This document shows positions 61,398 through 64,000 of a stretch of DNA of 64,000 nucleotides, piece after piece. The notes below the pieces were generated by a model. That model did no database searches and had not been told where the DNA came from. It worked only from the letters and a program-made list of their open reading frames with translations. Both the position numbers and the translations under genes were made by a program. Within the stretch, counting starts at the first letter, position 1. Each line of letters begins with the position of its first letter. Source of the DNA: Octopus sinensis (lineage: Eukaryota); NCBI RefSeq assembly GCF_006345805.1, contig NC_043007.1, positions 34,348,001 to 34,412,000 on the forward strand, given 5' to 3'.

Positions 61398-61837
61398 TAC
61401 CACAGATTTGCTTGTCAGTTGCTTGTCAGTTGTTTGACCGTAACCAGTTGAGCATGTCCCTTAGTGGCTGACGATATGTGCATCTCTGATCATGAGCAGA
61501 AGTAGTGGGGGAACATCATAGCCATGTGTTGGGATTCTTTGGGGTTTGAATAATTCACCTCTGGAAACATGGGTGTTTCTTTCAACATCCTTAAACAACC
61601 CTTATTCAGGGACCTTTTGAGCGGGATGGGCTACTCAACCTGAAGAAAATTCTAACTGGGCCCCACCTGCAAGGTCATGTGCTGTTTATCTTGATATGAG
61701 ATCACCATGTCGCGCACATATGGTCGTGATGCATGTGCTTGGTGTACCCTTATCAGACGGGTAGTCATGATGGGTATATTGGGCTTCGTATATTTTACCC
61801 CAGTGTCACTTTGATGGCACGCACTGCTCTCTCACTC
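61397..61837 (+). mobile_element. ~435-bp (TAA)n-flanked interspersed repeat, copy 2
   Basis: Reverse complement of 2519-2953. Confidence 0.82.
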
Positions 61838-61859
61838 AATAATATTAACAATAATAATG

Positions 61860-62070
61860 GTTTCAAATTTTGCTACAAGGGTAGCAATTTTGTTTGGTGG
61901 GGGGAAGGGATGAGTCGATTACAACTGGTACCTAATTTCATCGACCTCGAAAGGAAAAAAAAGCTAAAGAGGACCTCGGCGTAATTTGAACTCAAAATGT
62001 AAAGCCGGACGAAATACCGCTAAGCATTTTGCCCGGCGAGTTAACTTAACGATTCTGCAAGCTCACCGCC

Positions 62071-62072
<2 letters not shown>
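61860..62072 (-). mobile_element. SINE family D, diverged
   Basis: actggtacctaatttcatcgacctcgaaagga...atttgaactcaaaatgt...gattctgcaagctcaccgcctta. Confidence 0.65.
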
Positions 62073-62130
<58 letters not shown>

Positions 62131-62396
62131 TCTTCCTGATGCTATGTATGATAAATTGTTTCCACGTTGACGACAAGTTTGTATTTTAGTAATACATAAT
62201 GTCATAGTGATTACGAAAATAACTGGTCTTTTCCTGTCCAAGAATGGGCTTGGATTGGGGAAATAAATGGAGATAGTTAAAATAGGAGTGAGGGAAAGGG
62301 AAAGAATGCGTTTACGTATGAGTCCGTTTGTATCAGTTTTTGTATAAGCGGGCCTCCTTTCCTCTGTCTTTCTCTGTTTCTGAGATAGACAGATAG

Positions 62397-62429
<33 letters not shown>

Positions 62430-62967
62430 AGGAGAGAAAGAAAGAGAGAGAGACTGAGTGTGTTTATGTGTGTGTTTGCGTATGTGTGCGCCCGCGTAAT
62501 TGACATGGCTGGTGAAAATAACCGCCATTTTTCTTCCCAAGAATGAGTTTTGGGTTGATGAAATAAATTGATAAAACTGAAGAAACGATGAGAGGAGAAA
62601 GATAATGCGCACGCTCGAGCTGGTGTGCAGTTGGGTATATGCGTATTTTAATGAATAAATGTATGCAGTTGTATGCATGTGTACGCGGTGTGTCTGTCAG
62701 TTATCGGCGATTTATAGTCGCCATCTTAATATGGGATTAAGCGAGGAGAAATTTGCATTGGAGATTGATCGTAAAACCCTGGTGTTTTTATGGTTTGTGG
62801 CACACTTCTTAATGGGATGGCGAACAAGTTATTCGGGGTATTACGTAGAATAATTTGTCGGTCATACAGCCAGTTAGCTTTAATGCTGTATTGTGTAGAT
62901 AAATGCATGTGTCTATGCATGTGTATATATGCATATATATGCATGAATACATATACATACAAACACA

Positions 62968-63023
<56 letters not shown>

Positions 63024-63288
63024 ATTTATAATGTATAAATATATGTATGCACATCAATACACACACACACTAATGTATATATATATATATGTTTGCATAT
63101 CATATGTGTGTGTGTGTATGGATACAGATACGTATATCTATGTATGCGCGTGTATACATCTATATCTATCTATTTGTCTGTCTGTGTGTATGTATGTACG
63201 TACATATACATTAATAGTTTTTGTATGTGTACATATTTCTGTGTGTGTTCACATACAAATTTATATAACACACGCACACGCACGCACA

Positions 63289-63335
<47 letters not shown>

Positions 63336-63762
63336 CACACACACACATACACACACACACACATGCACATATGCACATACATTCCCATATTTATGAGAGA
63401 TAGTTGGCTCCTATTTCTAATAATTCAATACTTTCTCGTCTCACAGGAATCGATGTAGTTGTTAACACACGAATCTCGACATTTTCTTTTTGTCTTACAC
63501 CAAAACTCTCACTCAAAATCTGAATGCCAACAGCATTAATTTTTGGCAGGTCTGGTAGAGCATACGAAAGGACAAAGGCACCGTTCCACCTTCTTATCTT
63601 CCTTCTTTGACTGAATGATAATCCTTAGAGACCTTGTATCTAACACAGACAGAAGGTTTCAAATTTGAGGGGCGGTATTCGTCAAAATATATAATTTTCA
63701 AATTTTGGCACAAGGCCTGCAGTTTGGGGGAGGGATAAGTCCGATTAAATCGACCCCAGTAC

Positions 63763-64000
63763 ATAGGCGCAGGAGTGGCTGTGTGGTAAGTAGCCTGTCT
63801 ACCAACGACATGGTTCCGGGTTCAGTCCCACTGCATGGCACCTTGGGCAAGTGTCTTCTTCTATAGCCTCGGACCGACCAAAGCCTTGTGAGTGGATTTG
63901 GCAGACGGAAACTGAAAGAAGCCCGTCGTATATATGTATATATATATATATATGTATGCGTGTGTGTGTTTGTGTGTCTGTGTTTGTCCCCATAGCATTG
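63763..64000 (+). mobile_element. SINE family A, cut by the window end
   Basis: ataggcgcaggagtggctgtgtggtaag...gtgtttgtccccatagcattg. Confidence 0.92.

Overview
This is AT-rich, repeat-dominated eukaryotic DNA. The SINE families resemble, from memory, those of Octopus or other coleoid cephalopods; this is an inference and no search was run. No host protein-coding exon could be supported, and most ORFs in the supplied track are translated microsatellites or SINE antisense frames. The window contains about 30 tRNA-derived SINE copies from at least four families and very many (TA)n/(CA)n/(TATG)n/(TATC)n/(TAA)n tracts. A near-full-length R4/Dong-clade LINE (N-terminal domain, RT, CCHC, REL endonuclease) sits in a (TAA)n tract, with two further 3' fragments also in (TAA)n. 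There is a near-full-length Neptune-type Penelope-like element (PLE), several Naiad/Chlamys-type PLE relics, a mariner relic split by a Hero-like LINE fragment that is itself split by a SINE, Helentron-type non-autonomous elements, a CR1 3' end, a foldback-like element and a 5.5-kb 28-bp satellite with an inversion. The most interesting observations are: (i) a PLE 5' ORF relic combining a 2A/StopGo-like NPGP motif, a PLE N-terminal domain and a Ulp1/C48 protease-like domain; (ii) a ~200-bp palindrome carrying a type I hammerhead ribozyme on each strand, plus other hammerhead-like cassettes near microsatellites; (iii) filled and empty paralogous sites for the Dong LINE; (iv) frameshifts in the two large retroelements that look like homopolymer deletions, so the elements may be intact in vivo.
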